Made by a program: the position numbers and the translations under genes
Notes under the pieces: model-generated
Seen by the model: the letters and a program-made list of their open reading frames with translations, nothing else
Told to the model about the DNA's origin: nothing
The model's database searches: none
NCBI RefSeq assembly: GCF_006345805.1
Contig: NC_043007.1
Span: 52,638,001 to 52,702,000 of the forward strand
Length of the DNA stretch: 64,000 nucleotides
Source: Octopus sinensis
Taxonomy: Eukaryota
Direction: 5' to 3'
Shown here: piece after piece, positions 1 to 11,954 of the stretch
Layout: each line of letters begins with the position of its first letter
How positions within the stretch are numbered: the stretch's first letter is position 1

Positions 1-3
1 TAT

Positions 4-69
4 GTTTCGAAGACAACATTGGTTTTATTCCAAAGGAATAAACGATGTAAAATGCAATCTTCTCATCAG
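4..69 (-). ncRNA. Type-I hammerhead ribozyme motif in the 3' UTR/pLTR of PLE copy A; 3' part cut off by the window edge
   Basis: Minus strand reads CUGAUGA (69-63), then a 54-nt stem II closed by GAAGA/UCUUC with an inner UUUAUUCC/GGAAUAAA hairpin, then GAAAC (8-4). It lies ~280 nt downstream of the PLE stop. Stem III and the cleavage site fall outside the window. Confidence 0.6.
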
Positions 70-346
70 GAAAGAAAGAGAGCCTATCTCAACAACAAGA
101 CATTATAACAAATACGATGACTGCCTAAATGATAAACAAATTGTTATTAAGTATTTAAAAAACCGTTAGTAGATTTGACGTCAAAGGCAGATACTAGAAA
201 GAGAAGGGTTAAAGAAATAATAAGTAGAGAACAAATAAAGAGGGATACGTTGGTTGAAAAAAATGTTCAAAGGCTTAGAAATAGATTTCTCTATTGAAGT
301 AAAGTGCAAGTTAAACTAACTGTTCAAACTATAAAGGCTGGCGAAA

Positions 347-923
347 TCAATTATATGAGCTAAAGGTATGTTTCTGCCAGTGTTTACATTTGTAAGATCG
401 CCCTATAAGTGTGTTAATAAGGTGATTCTTACAGAAGAGAATATGGAAGAGTTCAGAGTTGCAAATGTTACAAAATCCCTTGCCCTTATCGTAAGGAAAA
501 GATATGAACAGGATGAACCAATCTAACTTAAAATCTTTATTGTTGTCTTTAAGATGCCAAACCAATTTACTTAGCCCTGTGCTATGGCATTTACTGCTAT
601 CCCTAAATGATGAATAATGATTGGAAATTCTCTTAGACTACTGGGAAGAGGATGCGCCTATGTGGAAGTAGACATCGGTACCGCAAGAAATTTTACACTG
701 GTATATAGAATTCTTGATCTTAGAATTATTAGACATAAATTTAATTCTGTTGGGGTTGTCTTCAGAGACCAAAACCATGTTTTTATTGCTATCATTATTA
801 TTATTGTTAATACTATTAATATTATTATTATTATTATTATTATCATTATTATTATTATCATTATTATTATTATTATCATTATTATTATTATCATTATTAT
901 TATTATTATCATTATTATTATTA

Positions 924-984
<61 letters not shown>

Positions 985-1808
985 GTGAAGGGTTGGAATT
1001 AACAAGATTAATGTTGGAACTCCCAGAAAATGAACTTTTATTTAGCAGATTGGTATTGTGAGAAGATATAATTTGTGAAAGATTCTTTGTGTTGGAGAAG
1101 GCAACTCTAATTCTAGATATTATTTGATTATTAACTCTCATATAGATGGGAGTTAATAATCGAATAATATCTAGAATTTTTGGAAAGTTCTTACCAACCA
1201 CTTCACGGAATTGCAAAGGAAGATTCGATTTAATTTGTTTTCCAAACGGAATTACAAACCAGATAGTTTTCCTAGTAACATTCAAATTGTAAATCTTTAT
1301 AGGAAGGTGAAATACCTCTAGAGTGAAAAAATGAGCTTAAATAACGCTTGCCTCCCTTACTCCGTAAAGGAATTTTATTATGTTTTGTGTTGTTTACAAT
1401 ATTGGAATTAAAATCACTCTTATTATTACAACTAGATTTTTTGTCTTGAGATGAAGGACGAGATTAAGCAGAATCAATGTATATCACTTTCTCTTTATAG
1501 CCAGCTTTAACCAAGGCAGAGTTATAAAATTCTGCCTTCTCATTAAAAATGTCAACATTGGCGGATAATTTAGATAATCTAAGTGAAATGTTTTTAACTA
1601 AATTCTTAGTAATTGCCCTAGCGTGATTACTGTAAGGACTAATATACTTGAGATTTGTGGTATGGGAAGTACGAGTTATTTTGTAAATTAAGAGTAATAT
1701 GTAAGAAGTTAGCTTTAGTTAACTCATCGTCAAAAACGATGTGAAAGCCCATTCTACGAAAAAACCTAACTAATCTATTCTTAACTTTCTGTATTTTTTT
1801 ATTTGAAA
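347..1808 (-). mobile_element. Penelope-like element copy A: degraded RT thumb, linker and C-terminal GIY-YIG endonuclease
   Basis: ORFs 638-1285 and 347-565 give RVAFSNTKNLSQIISSHN...SIYQCKI...FHIGASSS...WHLK...CNICNSELFHIL...CKHWQKH. My manual translation of 1480-1800 (KVKNRLVRFF...KANFLHITLNL...SNH...KAGYKEKV) is colinear with the PLE at 6182-6697. Confidence 0.85.
819..984. repeat. (ATT)n/(ATC) trinucleotide microsatellite, in frame as poly-Asn/Asp in the PLE ORF
   Basis: ~165 bp of ATT with periodic ATC. ORF 638-1285 stays open across it and reads NNNNND repeats. Confidence 0.95.
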
Positions 1809-1984
1809 TGTTTTGGAGGTAAAGAAGGATACTCCCAATGCGTTCGATGTACTAATGGGAAGTACAGATTCCGCTCAAATTTCTGATTTCGTCGGAATAT
1901 ATATACTTTATGAAATGGCCGACCAGTTCCCAGACATCTGTGAAGGTCTATATTGTGATGATTGTCTGCTTTACCTCTAAGGGA
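1809..1984 (+). mobile_element. Inverted 5' segment of PLE copy A encoding the RT catalytic core
   Basis: Plus strand reads VKKDTPNAFDVLMGSTDSAQISDFVGIYILYEMADQFPDICEGLYCDDCLLYL, homologous to 6049-6200 and 13880-13998. It is on the opposite strand to the rest of the element. Confidence 0.8.
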
Positions 1985-2998
1985 TGGGGGTCTATATGTT
2001 TTGCGTGTTCATTCAGAATTTTTGGTGTATTGTCTGGAGTATGGTTGAAGTATCCTTTCCCTAAAAAAGAGGTTGTGCTGTTGCGTCTCCAAATTCCATT
2101 TTCAGGTCTTAGGTTTTCTTGTAGCAGTAGGGGTGGTCTGTATGGTATGTATGTGATGTTTTGTCTTTGGTAGTTGTTTTCTTCCCATCTTCTGTGTTTG
2201 TTGAGCCAATTTCTATTACTGGGGTTCAGGTTTCTTTGTGGGTAGGTGGATGGTTCATTTTTTGTGTTTGTATTGTATTGATAGTGGGGGTTGTTTTTAT
2301 CCATCTTGTAAATTTGTGGGGTCGCATGGGGTTGGTGTTTGTATGGTTTGGATTTCCTCAATGCTTGTTGTAGGTTGTGTGTTGATTTCTATCCACTTGT
2401 TTATTGTTGCATGTGTGTGTCCATTTAGGATGTCCAGTGCTATGTGTTGGTGGTTGTTCATATTCTGCTTGTTCTCTCCTAGTGTTATAGGTTGTATGTA
2501 TCGAGCTTGTCTTGCTGCTTGTGTGTTTGCCTTTGTAGAGTTTTGGGTTGATGGTCGTCTTTCATATTTTGTGTTTTTGTTTATTTGGGGGTTCAGCAGT
2601 GTAAGGAGCGGGATTTTGGTTTGTGTTTGGTAGGGCTTATTTGGATGTCTGAGAGTCCAATATGTTCGTGATGTTGGTTTGTTGTATCTTTTCATTTGTT
2701 TTGGTAGTTTTTTTGTCTTCATAATTGATTTTTCCCCATAGTTCTTTTCGTAGTTTAAAAACCACTCCTGTTGTTTGGTCCACATAATTCCAGATCTTTC
2801 CTCCTCTCGTTTGGTATCCTCTTTCCATAATTGTTGTAGTTTTTCTTTGTTTTGGTTATTATTCCTTTCTGTTATTTCGGCCATTATGACGGTATCAATT
2901 GTTTTAATCTTATCTTCCTGGTGTAAACTTCGTGTTTGTAGAAGGGAAATTTGTATTCTGTCATCTGCAACTTCAACACAAGAAAGTCTCTTTTTCAA
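1985..2998 (-). other. Uncharacterised ~1 kb frameshifted ORF remnant, probably the N-terminal region of a retroelement ORF
   Basis: Overlapping ORFs 2297-2998 (233 aa, charged/helical LQQLWKEDTKREEERSGIMWTKQQEWFLNYE) and 1948-2361 (N/T/P/Q-rich). I recognise no catalytic motif. Confidence 0.3.
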
Positions 2999-3189
2999 GT
3001 ATGGACCTTATGAAATTTTGCTCATCATACATTGAAGGACAAATCTTTCAATTTATAATTTAACAAACGTAGTGTAGCATTTAGTATATATATATATAGT
3101 GGTATAAATATCAACACAATTATTTCCTCTTCCTCTTTTCTTCTTTCTTCCCTTCTCCAGCGACACCCTTTCCAGACTCACAGGCACCT

Positions 3190-3222
<33 letters not shown>

Positions 3223-3462
3223 GCGCACCTCCACAAACAATAATAAAAAGAATTCCGGACAAGTCTTCTTTGAAATGGCCATTTTCTAAAAACCAAAAAC
3301 CATTTACAGTTGCAAATAGATAAAAACAAAAGTGGCACTGATTACTCTTAACTACTTAACCATTCCTTCTTAAACACACACACACACACACCACTCTCAC
3401 AAGACAATGATAAAAAGGAAATATAATTTATGATCTACTCTTCCTCCCCTTCCTTTTCTTCT

Positions 3463-3894
3463 TCTTCTTTTCTAACACTCCCTCCAGATACAAAAAAAAA
3501 ACACACACACACACATGCTCTCTCACCTTCTCCCCACTAATCCCCCTCTCATACTATCTTATATCCCTCCCCACCATTACACACTCAATAACACTATAAA
3601 ATGGTCAAAACTTAAATTCTTTTCCCCAAGATCTTAGACCCTTCCTGGGAGTAAACATCCTGACCAACATCTATCAACTTCACAATAGATACCAGCAAAA
3701 CAATTTTTTCTTCTTCCCCCTCTCCCTTTTCTCCCTTCCCCTCTTTTTCTTTAACACTCCTTCCAAATACAAAAACACACACACACATGCTCGCTCTCTC
3801 TCTCTCTCTCACTTTCTCCCCATTCATCACCCTCTTGTACTATCTTATATCCCTCCCACCACTACACACTCATTAATACTATAAAATGGTCAAA
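3463..3894. repeat. Imperfect direct repeat, 2 x ~150 bp (3463-3609 and 3743-3894)
   Basis: Both copies contain taacactcc..ca.atacaaaaa(ca)n and tactatcttatatccctccc.acca.tacacactca.taa.actataaaatggtcaaa. Confidence 0.7.
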
Positions 3895-4151
3895 GCTTTT
3901 TCACCGGAAATTAGTTTGATTTGAAAACCCCACTAGAATGGGAGAAAGCGCTAATATATGATCTAAGTTATATGATGTATAAAAACATGTAATATATAAA
4001 TAAATATCTGTAAATATAAAACCATTCGAATTTCTGAGTACCTCGTTTCTTCTAATATATATATAATGCGTATATATAATGCGTACACACACACACATAT
4101 ATATAATGCGTATATATGTACATATGTATGTGTGCATTATGTGGTCGGTTG

Positions 4152-5003
4152 AGCTGAAAATATGCACACCTATGTTAAAAGTGCTGGCGAGTTTGCATGG
4201 CAACTATTTTTTTCCTCAAATGAAAGGCATGACCTCTAGGATAAAATTCCTCATCTTATAAAATGTGGCCCGAGTAGACCCGAATGAAATCGGGTTATAT
4301 TAACCAAAATGTGAAAAGGGGTCTAAATGGGGCTGGAAGGGGATTAAAATTTACAGGAGTGGGTGTTTAGGAATTCTCTGTTACATCAAGCTAAAAAATT
4401 TGCACCAGCCTTTAAATCTTCAATGTGTTGCCGTCCATGATGAAGTTTTGAATGTTTGACATGGTGAGTCTACTGTCGTGAGAAAGAATCACTTCAAAAC
4501 TTGGTGTTTAGGAATTTTCTTTTACATCAAGTTAAAAATTTTACGCCAGCCGTTTAACTGCCACTACTTTGCTGTCCATCATTAAGAAATGCCAGCCATG
4601 GTGATTCTACTATCCTCAGATTTTATCCCTTCAAACTTTGATTTCCAATATTTTAAAAATTTTATTCTGCTCGCAAGTTCGTCTGTCCCTTTTAAATGTT
4701 AGTGTCTTGCTGTCTGCCTTGAAGCAGAGCTTTCCGTTGTCACTGCCTGATATTTATGATTGATCTTTCAAAATATTTCTTTCTCAACTTACTCAAGATC
4801 TTTTGTTGTTTATAAATAGGAGAAAGATAGATAAAGATAGAGAGTAAGAGAAAGCGAGGGAGAGTCCGAGAGAAAAGAAGAGTAAAAGAGTGGGAAAGTG
4901 AGAGAGAAAGGAGAGAGAAACAAAGAGGGAGAATGTGGTGATAAAAAACAGAAAGTAACAACCACACTCTTACCCGCGCGTAGAGCGGGTCACCTTAAGC
5001 TAG
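4152..5003 (+). mobile_element. Non-autonomous Helitron-type element, 3' part
   Basis: Ends with a subterminal hairpin ACCCGCGCGTAGAGCGGGT, then CACCTTAAGCTAG|T. Internal segments match 46860-47170 and 48110-48884. Confidence 0.65.
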
Positions 5004-5061
<58 letters not shown>

Positions 5062-5220
5062 ATATATAGTCAATTTATATATATATATATATATATATAG
5101 TCAATTTTCAATAATTTTCACCTAATTTCTGAATTACTACTACTTGGCGGTGTGAGTTATGGCTGCTCTTTCTGGTGGACGAATGACCTGTTAGGGTCAC
5201 TCCTAAATTGTTATATATAT

Positions 5221-5267
<47 letters not shown>

Positions 5268-5299
5268 ATTTATATATATATACATATATATATTAATAT

Positions 5300-7468
5300 A
5301 TGTATATATATATTATTTAAATCTAAAAATAGTCCTCCACCTAACCCAAGATTCAAACAGTTTGAGGATGATCTTTGGTCCATTGTGAGAAATGTAAAAT
5401 TTCACCGATCATTGCTAAGAAATAAACATCTGAGCTATCTTCACAATATCACCAAGGAAATTAATACCATGGATAGTATGCTGGTTCAATTGGATAAAAC
5501 GGGAAACCTGTACAAACTTAACAAGGACTATTACTTGGAATTGCTTAAAATAGAAATTCAAAAACAACTATAGAATTACCAATAAAAGTGTACTCAAGAA
5601 AGCCAACATTGAGGCTAAGAAATTTATGGAGAAATATAACTTACAAATGAAGACAGACCCACTTGATCCTAAGCAACCTCGGTTTATTTTGAAAGATCAT
5701 AAACAAAATTTTTTTAATAACCCATCCTCAAGACTTATCTGCCCTTCTAGCTCTGACATCGGTGTACTTAGTAAAAATATACTAGCTAAATATGTTCCTA
5801 CATTAATTAAAAAATTAAAACTTAGTTTATGGTCCAATTCATTCCAAGTTGTCGACTGGTTTAGTTCTATTACTAATAAGAGAAGTACTAAGTTTATCCA
5901 GTTTGACATTTCTAGTTTTTATTCATCCATGAACCCAATAGTACTTATTAAGGCACTTTGGCTTGCTCATAACAAAGCTGGTCTCACCAAGGAAGAAATT
6001 AATGTTGTGTTGGCCAACAGAAAATCTATCATAAAGTTTGACAATAAGTTGTGGGTCCGTAAAGACATACCAGATGGTTTTGATGTTACGATGTGAAGTT
6101 CTGATTCAACACAAGTAGCTGATTTGATCTGTATATATATTTATATACTTTTTGAAATGGCAGAACAGTTCCCAAACATAAATGCAGGTCTATATCGTGA
6201 TATTTGCCTTCGTGATAAATGCAGGTCTATATCGATATATATTTGCCTTCAAAATGTTTAAGAATAGTTTAGTTACGTTTTTCCTTATAATGGGCTTAAG
6301 CATCGTTTTTGATGATGATGTAATAAAGGCAAACTTTTTAGATATTACACTTAACTTACACAATAATTTGTACTTCCCATACCACAAACAATTGACCAAT
6401 TTTAAGTATATTAGCAAATTCAGTAATCATTCTTGGGCAATTACTAGGAACTTAATTAAGAATATTTCATTTAGATTGTCTAAGTTACCTGCTAATGTTG
6501 ACAGTTTCAATGATAAGGCCAAATTTTATAACTCTGCCATACTTAAAGCAGGTTATACAGAGAAAGTTACCTATATTAATTCCATTCAATCTTATTCTAC
6601 CTTTACTAATGGAGATATGAAATCTAGTTGTAAGGATATAAATGATATCACTTTTAATTTATACGCCAACACCAAACAGAGGAAGGAAGGGAGATAACCC
6701 TTATTTAAGCCCCTATTTTCATTCTAAAGGTAAACCTATGTCTTTCAAAGATAGTTACACTAAAAATAAGATAACTAATAGTAAAACTATTTGGTTAATT
6801 ATTCCTTATGGGAGGCAAATTAAATCTAATCTTCCTTTGCAGTTTTGTGAAGCTATTATGAGGAATTTTCCAAAGAATTCGAGGTATTTACTCCATTATC
6901 AACTCACACATGGTTAGGATTGGTTTTTCCAACACAAAAAATCTCTTACAAATTATTTCCTCACATAATATTAGCATATTAAATACGTATACATTTACTA
7001 ATACTAACATTAATTTAGCTAATACCATCCATCCCTTTAGAAATATTATTAACAAGGTTATTGTATCTGAAGTCAATTACAACAGAATCAAGTTTATGTC
7101 AAGTAACTCTAAAATTAAAAATTTTATATACCAGTGTAAAATTACTTCTGGTAATGAAGTATTTTTTTATATAGGCAGCATATCTTCTCAGTTACCTAAA
7201 ATAATTTCTAATCATTTCTCTACATTTAGGGATAGGAATACACGTAACAGTTCAGGGCTTAGTAAATTAATTTGGTATTGAAAAGAACACAATAAATGAT
7301 TTAATTTAGATTGGTTGATTCTCTCAATTTCGATACCTTATGATAAAGGCAAGAAATTCTGAGCTATTTTTTATACTTTTTTCTAAAAATTCCCTTGTAA
7401 ACACTATTATAGAGCACGCATGCCAATGTAAACATTGGCAGAAACACACCTTTAGTTCATATAAGTGA
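5300..7468 (+). mobile_element. Penelope-like element copy B: near-complete but frameshifted RT plus GIY-YIG
   Basis: ORFs 5208-5573, 5626-6096, 6182-6697, 6642-6917 and 6910-7281 give DKTGNLY, LKDHK, RLICP, QFDISSFY, FDVTM, GLYRD, NFLDITL, IYQCKI..YIG, and CKHWQKH before a TGA at 7466-7468. Confidence 0.9.
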
Positions 7469-7698
7469 TATCTATCATCATCATCATCATCATTTAGCAT
7501 CCGTTTTCCATGCTAGCATAGGTTGAACGGTTTAACTGGGGTCTGTGAAGCTGGAAGGCTTCATCAGGCCCAGTCAGATTTGGCAGTGTTTCTACAGCTG
7601 GATGCCCTTCCTAACGCCAACCACTCCGTGAGTGTAGTGGGTGCATTTTACGTGCCACCTGCACAGGTGCCAGACAGAGCTGGCAAACGGCCATGAAC

Positions 7699-8308
7699 GG
7701 ATGGTGCTTTTACATGCTACCGGCATGGGGGCCAGGCGAGGCTGGCAACAGACACGAACGGATGGTGCTTTTACGTGCTACCAGCACGGGGGCCAGGCGA
7801 GGCTGGCAACGGACACGAACGGATGGTGCTTTTACGTGCTACCGGCACGGGGGCCAGGCGAGGCTGGCAACGGACACGAGCGGATGGTGCTTTTACGTGC
7901 CAACGACACGGGGGCCAGGCGAGGCTGGAAACGGACACGAACGGATGATGCTTTTACGTGCTACCGGCACGGGGGCCAGGCGAGGCTGGCAACGGACACA
8001 AGTGGATGGTGCTTTTATGTGCCAACGGCACGGGGGCCAGGCGAGGCTGGAAACGGACACGAGCGGATGGTGCTTTTACATGCTACCGGCACGGGGGCCA
8101 GGCGAGGCTGGCAACGGACACGAGCGGATGGTGCTTTTATGTGCCAACGGCACGGGGGCCAGGCGAGGCTGGCAACAGACACGAGCGGATGGTGCTTTTA
8201 CGTGCCAACGGCACGGGGGCCAGGCGAGGCTGGCAACGGACATGAACGGATGGTGCTTTTACGTGCTACCAGCACGGGGGCCAGGCGTGGCTGGCAACGG
8301 ACAAACGA
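7699..8308. repeat. GC-rich minisatellite, 10 x 61 bp, in the RTE 3' UTR
   Basis: The motif ggatggtgctttta recurs at 7699, 7760, 7821, 7882, 7943 (ggatgatgc), 8004, 8065, 8126, 8187 and 8248, an exact 61-bp period. A partial unit lies on each side. Confidence 0.95.
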
Positions 8309-9516
8309 TCGGATGGTTCACTTAACCACGGCTGCAATTTCCACTGATGTTGATTTGGTTTGATTTTGACTGTTCTCACTGGTCTTGCCGGGTCTTCTCA
8401 CGCACAGCATACTTCCATAGGTCTCGGTCTCTAGTCATTTCCTTGGTGAGACCTAAAGTTCGAAGGTCGTGCTTCACTACCTCGTCCCAGGTTTTCCTGG
8501 GTCTACCTCTTCCACAGGTTCCCTCAACTGCTAGAGTGTGGCACTTTTGCACACAACTATCTTCACCCATTCTCGTCACATGACCATACCAGCGCAGACG
8601 TCTCTCTTGCACACCACAACTGATGCTTCTTAGGTTCAACTTTTCTCTCAAGGTACTTACACTCTGTCGAGTATGAACACTGACATTACACATCCATCGG
8701 AGCATATTGGCTTCATTTCTTGCGAGCTTACGCATATCCTCAGCAGTCACAGCCCATGTTTCACTACCATGTAGCATGGCTGTACGTACACATGCATCAT
8801 ACAGTCTGCCTTTTACTCTGAGCGAGAGGCCTTTTGTCACCAGCAGGGGTAAGAGCTCTCTAAACTTTGCCCAGGCTATTCTTACTCTAGCAGTTACACT
8901 TTCAGCACACCCACCCCCGCTACTGACTTGGTCACCTAGGTAGCGGAAGCTATCAACTACTTCTAGTTTTTCTCCCTGGAACATGGTAGACGTTGGTCTC
9001 TGCACATTTTCAGTGTTTATTGCTCCTGAGCATCTGCCACAGACAAAAACTATTTTCCTAGTTAGCCTTCCTTTGACATTGCTACACCTCTTATGTGTCC
9101 ATAGCTTGCACTTGGTGCACCTTATAGAGTTTCTACCTACACCTTTTTTACAGATCGAGCAGGGCCATCTACCTGAAGGCGTTTGTGACTTGTCTACTTT
9201 CCTACTTATTAGGACTTTTGTTTTGGCTAGATTGATTCTGAGGCCCTTCGATTCTAGACCTTGCTTCTACACCTGAAACTTCTCCTCCAGTTCTGATAGT
9301 GACTCAGCAATTAGAGCAAGGTCATCAGCATAGAGGAGCTCCCAGGGGCATCCTGTCTTGAATTCCTCCGTTATTGCCTGGAGGACTATGATAAATAGGA
9401 GGGGGCTGAGGACTGAGCCTTGGTGGACCCCAACCTCCACCCGGAATTCTTCACTGTACTCGTTGCCAACCCTCACCTTACTAGCAGCATCTCTGTACAT
9501 GGCTCGCATAGCTCTC

Positions 9517-9752
9517 ACTAACCATTCATCTATCCCTAGTTTCCTCATTGACCACCAGATAAGGGATCGGGGAACTCTGTCGAAGGCTTTCTCCATGTCA
9601 ACAAAAGCCAGGTACAGGGGCTTATCTTTGGCTAACTAACCATTCATCTATCCCTAGTTTCCTCATTGACCACCAGATAAGGGATCGGGGAACCCTGTCG
9701 AAGGCTTTCTCCATGTCAACAAAAGCCAGGTACAGGGGCTTATCTTTGGCTA
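9517..9752. repeat. 118-bp tandem duplication within RTE ORF2, causing a frameshift
   Basis: 9517-9634 and 9635-9752 are identical apart from one base that I could see (ggaactctg vs ggaaccctg). Confidence 0.9.
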
Positions 9753-10330
9753 GGTATTTCTCCTGCAGCTGTCTTACCAGGAATATAGCATCAGTAGTAC
9801 TTCTCCCTGGCATGAACCCAAACTGCATCTCATCTAAGCTAATTCTCTCTCTAATTAGTTGGGCTATAACCCTCTCCGTAACCTTCATTACCTGATCTAG
9901 CAGCTTAATACCCCTGTAGTTATTTGTATCTAGGGCATCACCTTTACCTTTGTAGCAGCTGACTATTATGCTGCTACACCAGTCATTGTATCACCTGGTT
10001 AACTATACGTGTGACTAGGCTATAGCCGACACTACCAGATATTTTGAGCATCTCTGCAGTAATACCTGATGGGCCTGGGGTTTTCCCTGTTTTCATGCCT
10101 GTAATTGCCTTAACTACTAAAGAACTGTCAACTCGGATTGCTGGTCCCTCTGTTGGGTCGACATTCGGCAGACTCTCTTTATCCCATTCATTTTCCTCAT
10201 TCAGCAACCTTTCATAGTGGCGTCTCCAAACCTCTCTCTTTGCATCCTCATCCTCGCGAACACATTTCTCTCCTACTACGTCACGATTCTCTCTCACACA
10301 CTGTCTTGCAACACGAAATACCTCAAGTCT

Positions 10331-10700
10331 TTCATCATTATATATAATGTAAACATTAATTTTCTTCCTACATTTCACATTCACTAGATATATATTTTTC
10401 CACGACTATAGGGTTTTATTTAATTTACATACCATTATATACTTTGCATTTATTTGGCTTTTTCTTTCCTTTACCCCTCCTCTTTCTATAGGCTACCTTT
10501 GACGTTATATCCTCAAACATTTTTTAAAACAAACTTAATAGTGTTCAGTTAATCACTATATATATCCATCATATTCTGTTAAGATATCTTATTGATGAGT
10601 TTCCTTTCTTCATTTCCCTGAAGAGATTACATTGTTTTACACCAATTTATTCCTTTGGAATAATACCGATGATATCTTTGAAACATATGGTAAGTAAAAT
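10331..10700 (+). mobile_element. 3' UTR/pLTR of PLE copy B resuming after the RTE insertion, with a degenerate HHR at 10618-10692
   Basis: Similar to the reverse complement of 1-340 (tctttcta..cctttgacgt, tttattcctttggaataa). Contains CUGAAGA...GAAAC AUAUG GUA, but stem II closure looks disrupted. Confidence 0.6.
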
Positions 10701-11368
10701 AATTTGAATAACACTTGCGTTTAACACCATTTATTTATTTATTTATATTATACAAAATATTTCACGCAAACCTGGAGTTTCTACCTTTAAAACCAAGGAA
10801 TTACAACCTTTTTACTTGTGTGATTTTTTGCTACCCTTGAACTATTTATCTATTTTTTCCGTGTTAATTGTTAACATGGGGGAAATACACACATCTATTT
10901 ATATATACACATATATATGTATATGTGTATGTATATATATATATATCAAAATAAGCAACAAGGATATCCAAAGGTATAGCAGTACAATTGTTTCATGCGA
11001 CTTCATTTAATTAAACAATGCAAGTATTACATCAGTTTTAAAATGTAGAGCTTTCTTCAGCTGCATATGGAATTTTCTTTTTCTTAGTTACATTGAAAAC
11101 ATTCATTTTTATACTTTTTCCATTTTTCAATATTACAAAGAAGGTAAGTAGATAGACAGAGAGGCAAGTCTCATCAGCAGAAACATGTTGCATTGTTTAA
11201 TTAAATGAAGTCGCATGAAACGACTGTACTGCAATACATTTGGATATCCTTGCTGGTTATTTTGATTATAAACACCCCATTTTGATTTATATGGATAATA
11301 CTATACTAAATTCTGGTGCATTTAATTTAAGTACCATATTCAACTGAATCTCAATTTTTACTGAACTA

Positions 11369-11814
11369 TTTATATATATATATATACATATATATATACA
11401 CATATAAATGCATATTTATACATATATGTGTATGTATATATATACATATATATATATATATATACATATATAGATACATATATATATATATATACATATA
11501 TATATACATATATGTATATGCATATATATATATATAGGCATACATATATGTATATGCATATATATATATACATATATGTATATATATATATATACATATA
11601 TGTATATGCATATATATATATATATATATACATATATATACACAGACATATATACATATATATATATATACATATATATATATACACATATATAAATACA
11701 TATATATATACATATATATATATATATATTATATATACACATATATAATATATATATATATATATATACATATATATAAATATATATATACATATATATA
11801 TATACATATATATA
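11369..11814. repeat. Long compound (TA)/(CA)/(TG) microsatellite
   Basis: ~450 bp of interrupted TA dinucleotides. Similar tracts occur at 5005-5098, 16047-16224, 17285-17445 and 27843-28118. Confidence 0.95.
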
Positions 11815-11916
11815 CCGGAGTAAACACAAATGTGAAACAAGGTGGAAAAAAGAGTACTCAAATACCAGTGGTAGAGTAATATGCTTTATTTAAAGCAGCA
11901 GAAAATTCAACAAAAT

Positions 11917-11954
11917 CTGTTACTCTGAGTTTCTCGTTGCCGTTCATCAGACAG
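11917..11954 (-). ncRNA. Minimal type-I hammerhead ribozyme in the inverted pLTR
   Basis: Minus strand CUGU-CUGAUGA-ACG-GCAA-CGA-GAAAC-UCAGA-GUA-ACAG. Stem I is CUGU/ACAG, stem III is near-palindromic (ACUCAGAGU), and stem II is weak (A-A at the closing position). Confidence 0.65.

Larger units (their letters stand above)
7474..10330 (-). mobile_element. RTE-clade LINE, 5'-truncated, with a (GAT)n tail
   Basis: Minus-strand ORF2 pieces KTPGPSGITAEMLK, QFGFMPGRSTTDAIF, DMEKAFDRVPR, GVHQGSVLSPLLF, LLYADDL, FRYLG, LRWYGHV. The tail reads as (TCA)n at 7474-7493. Confidence 0.93.

Noticed and set aside
6094-6096. In-frame TGA in PLE B as selenocysteine (Naiad precedent)
   Set aside because: It falls at the conserved Gly of FDVxMG (GGA to TGA), not at a Cys position. 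The ORF has several other disruptions and the endonuclease is C-terminal, unlike Naiad.
7699-8308. 61-bp repeat array as a CRISPR array
   Set aside because: The units are contiguous with no unique spacers, there are no cas genes, and the array lies within an RTE 3' UTR in eukaryotic DNA.
7641-8363. ORFs 7641-8363, 7693-8325 and 28315-29052 as proteins
   Set aside because: They are by-products of stop-poor GC-rich repeats; the peptide cycles through three frames every 183 bp.
11366-11861. YIYIY/HTHT/IIII ORFs here and elsewhere
   Set aside because: Translations of TA, CA and ATT microsatellites.
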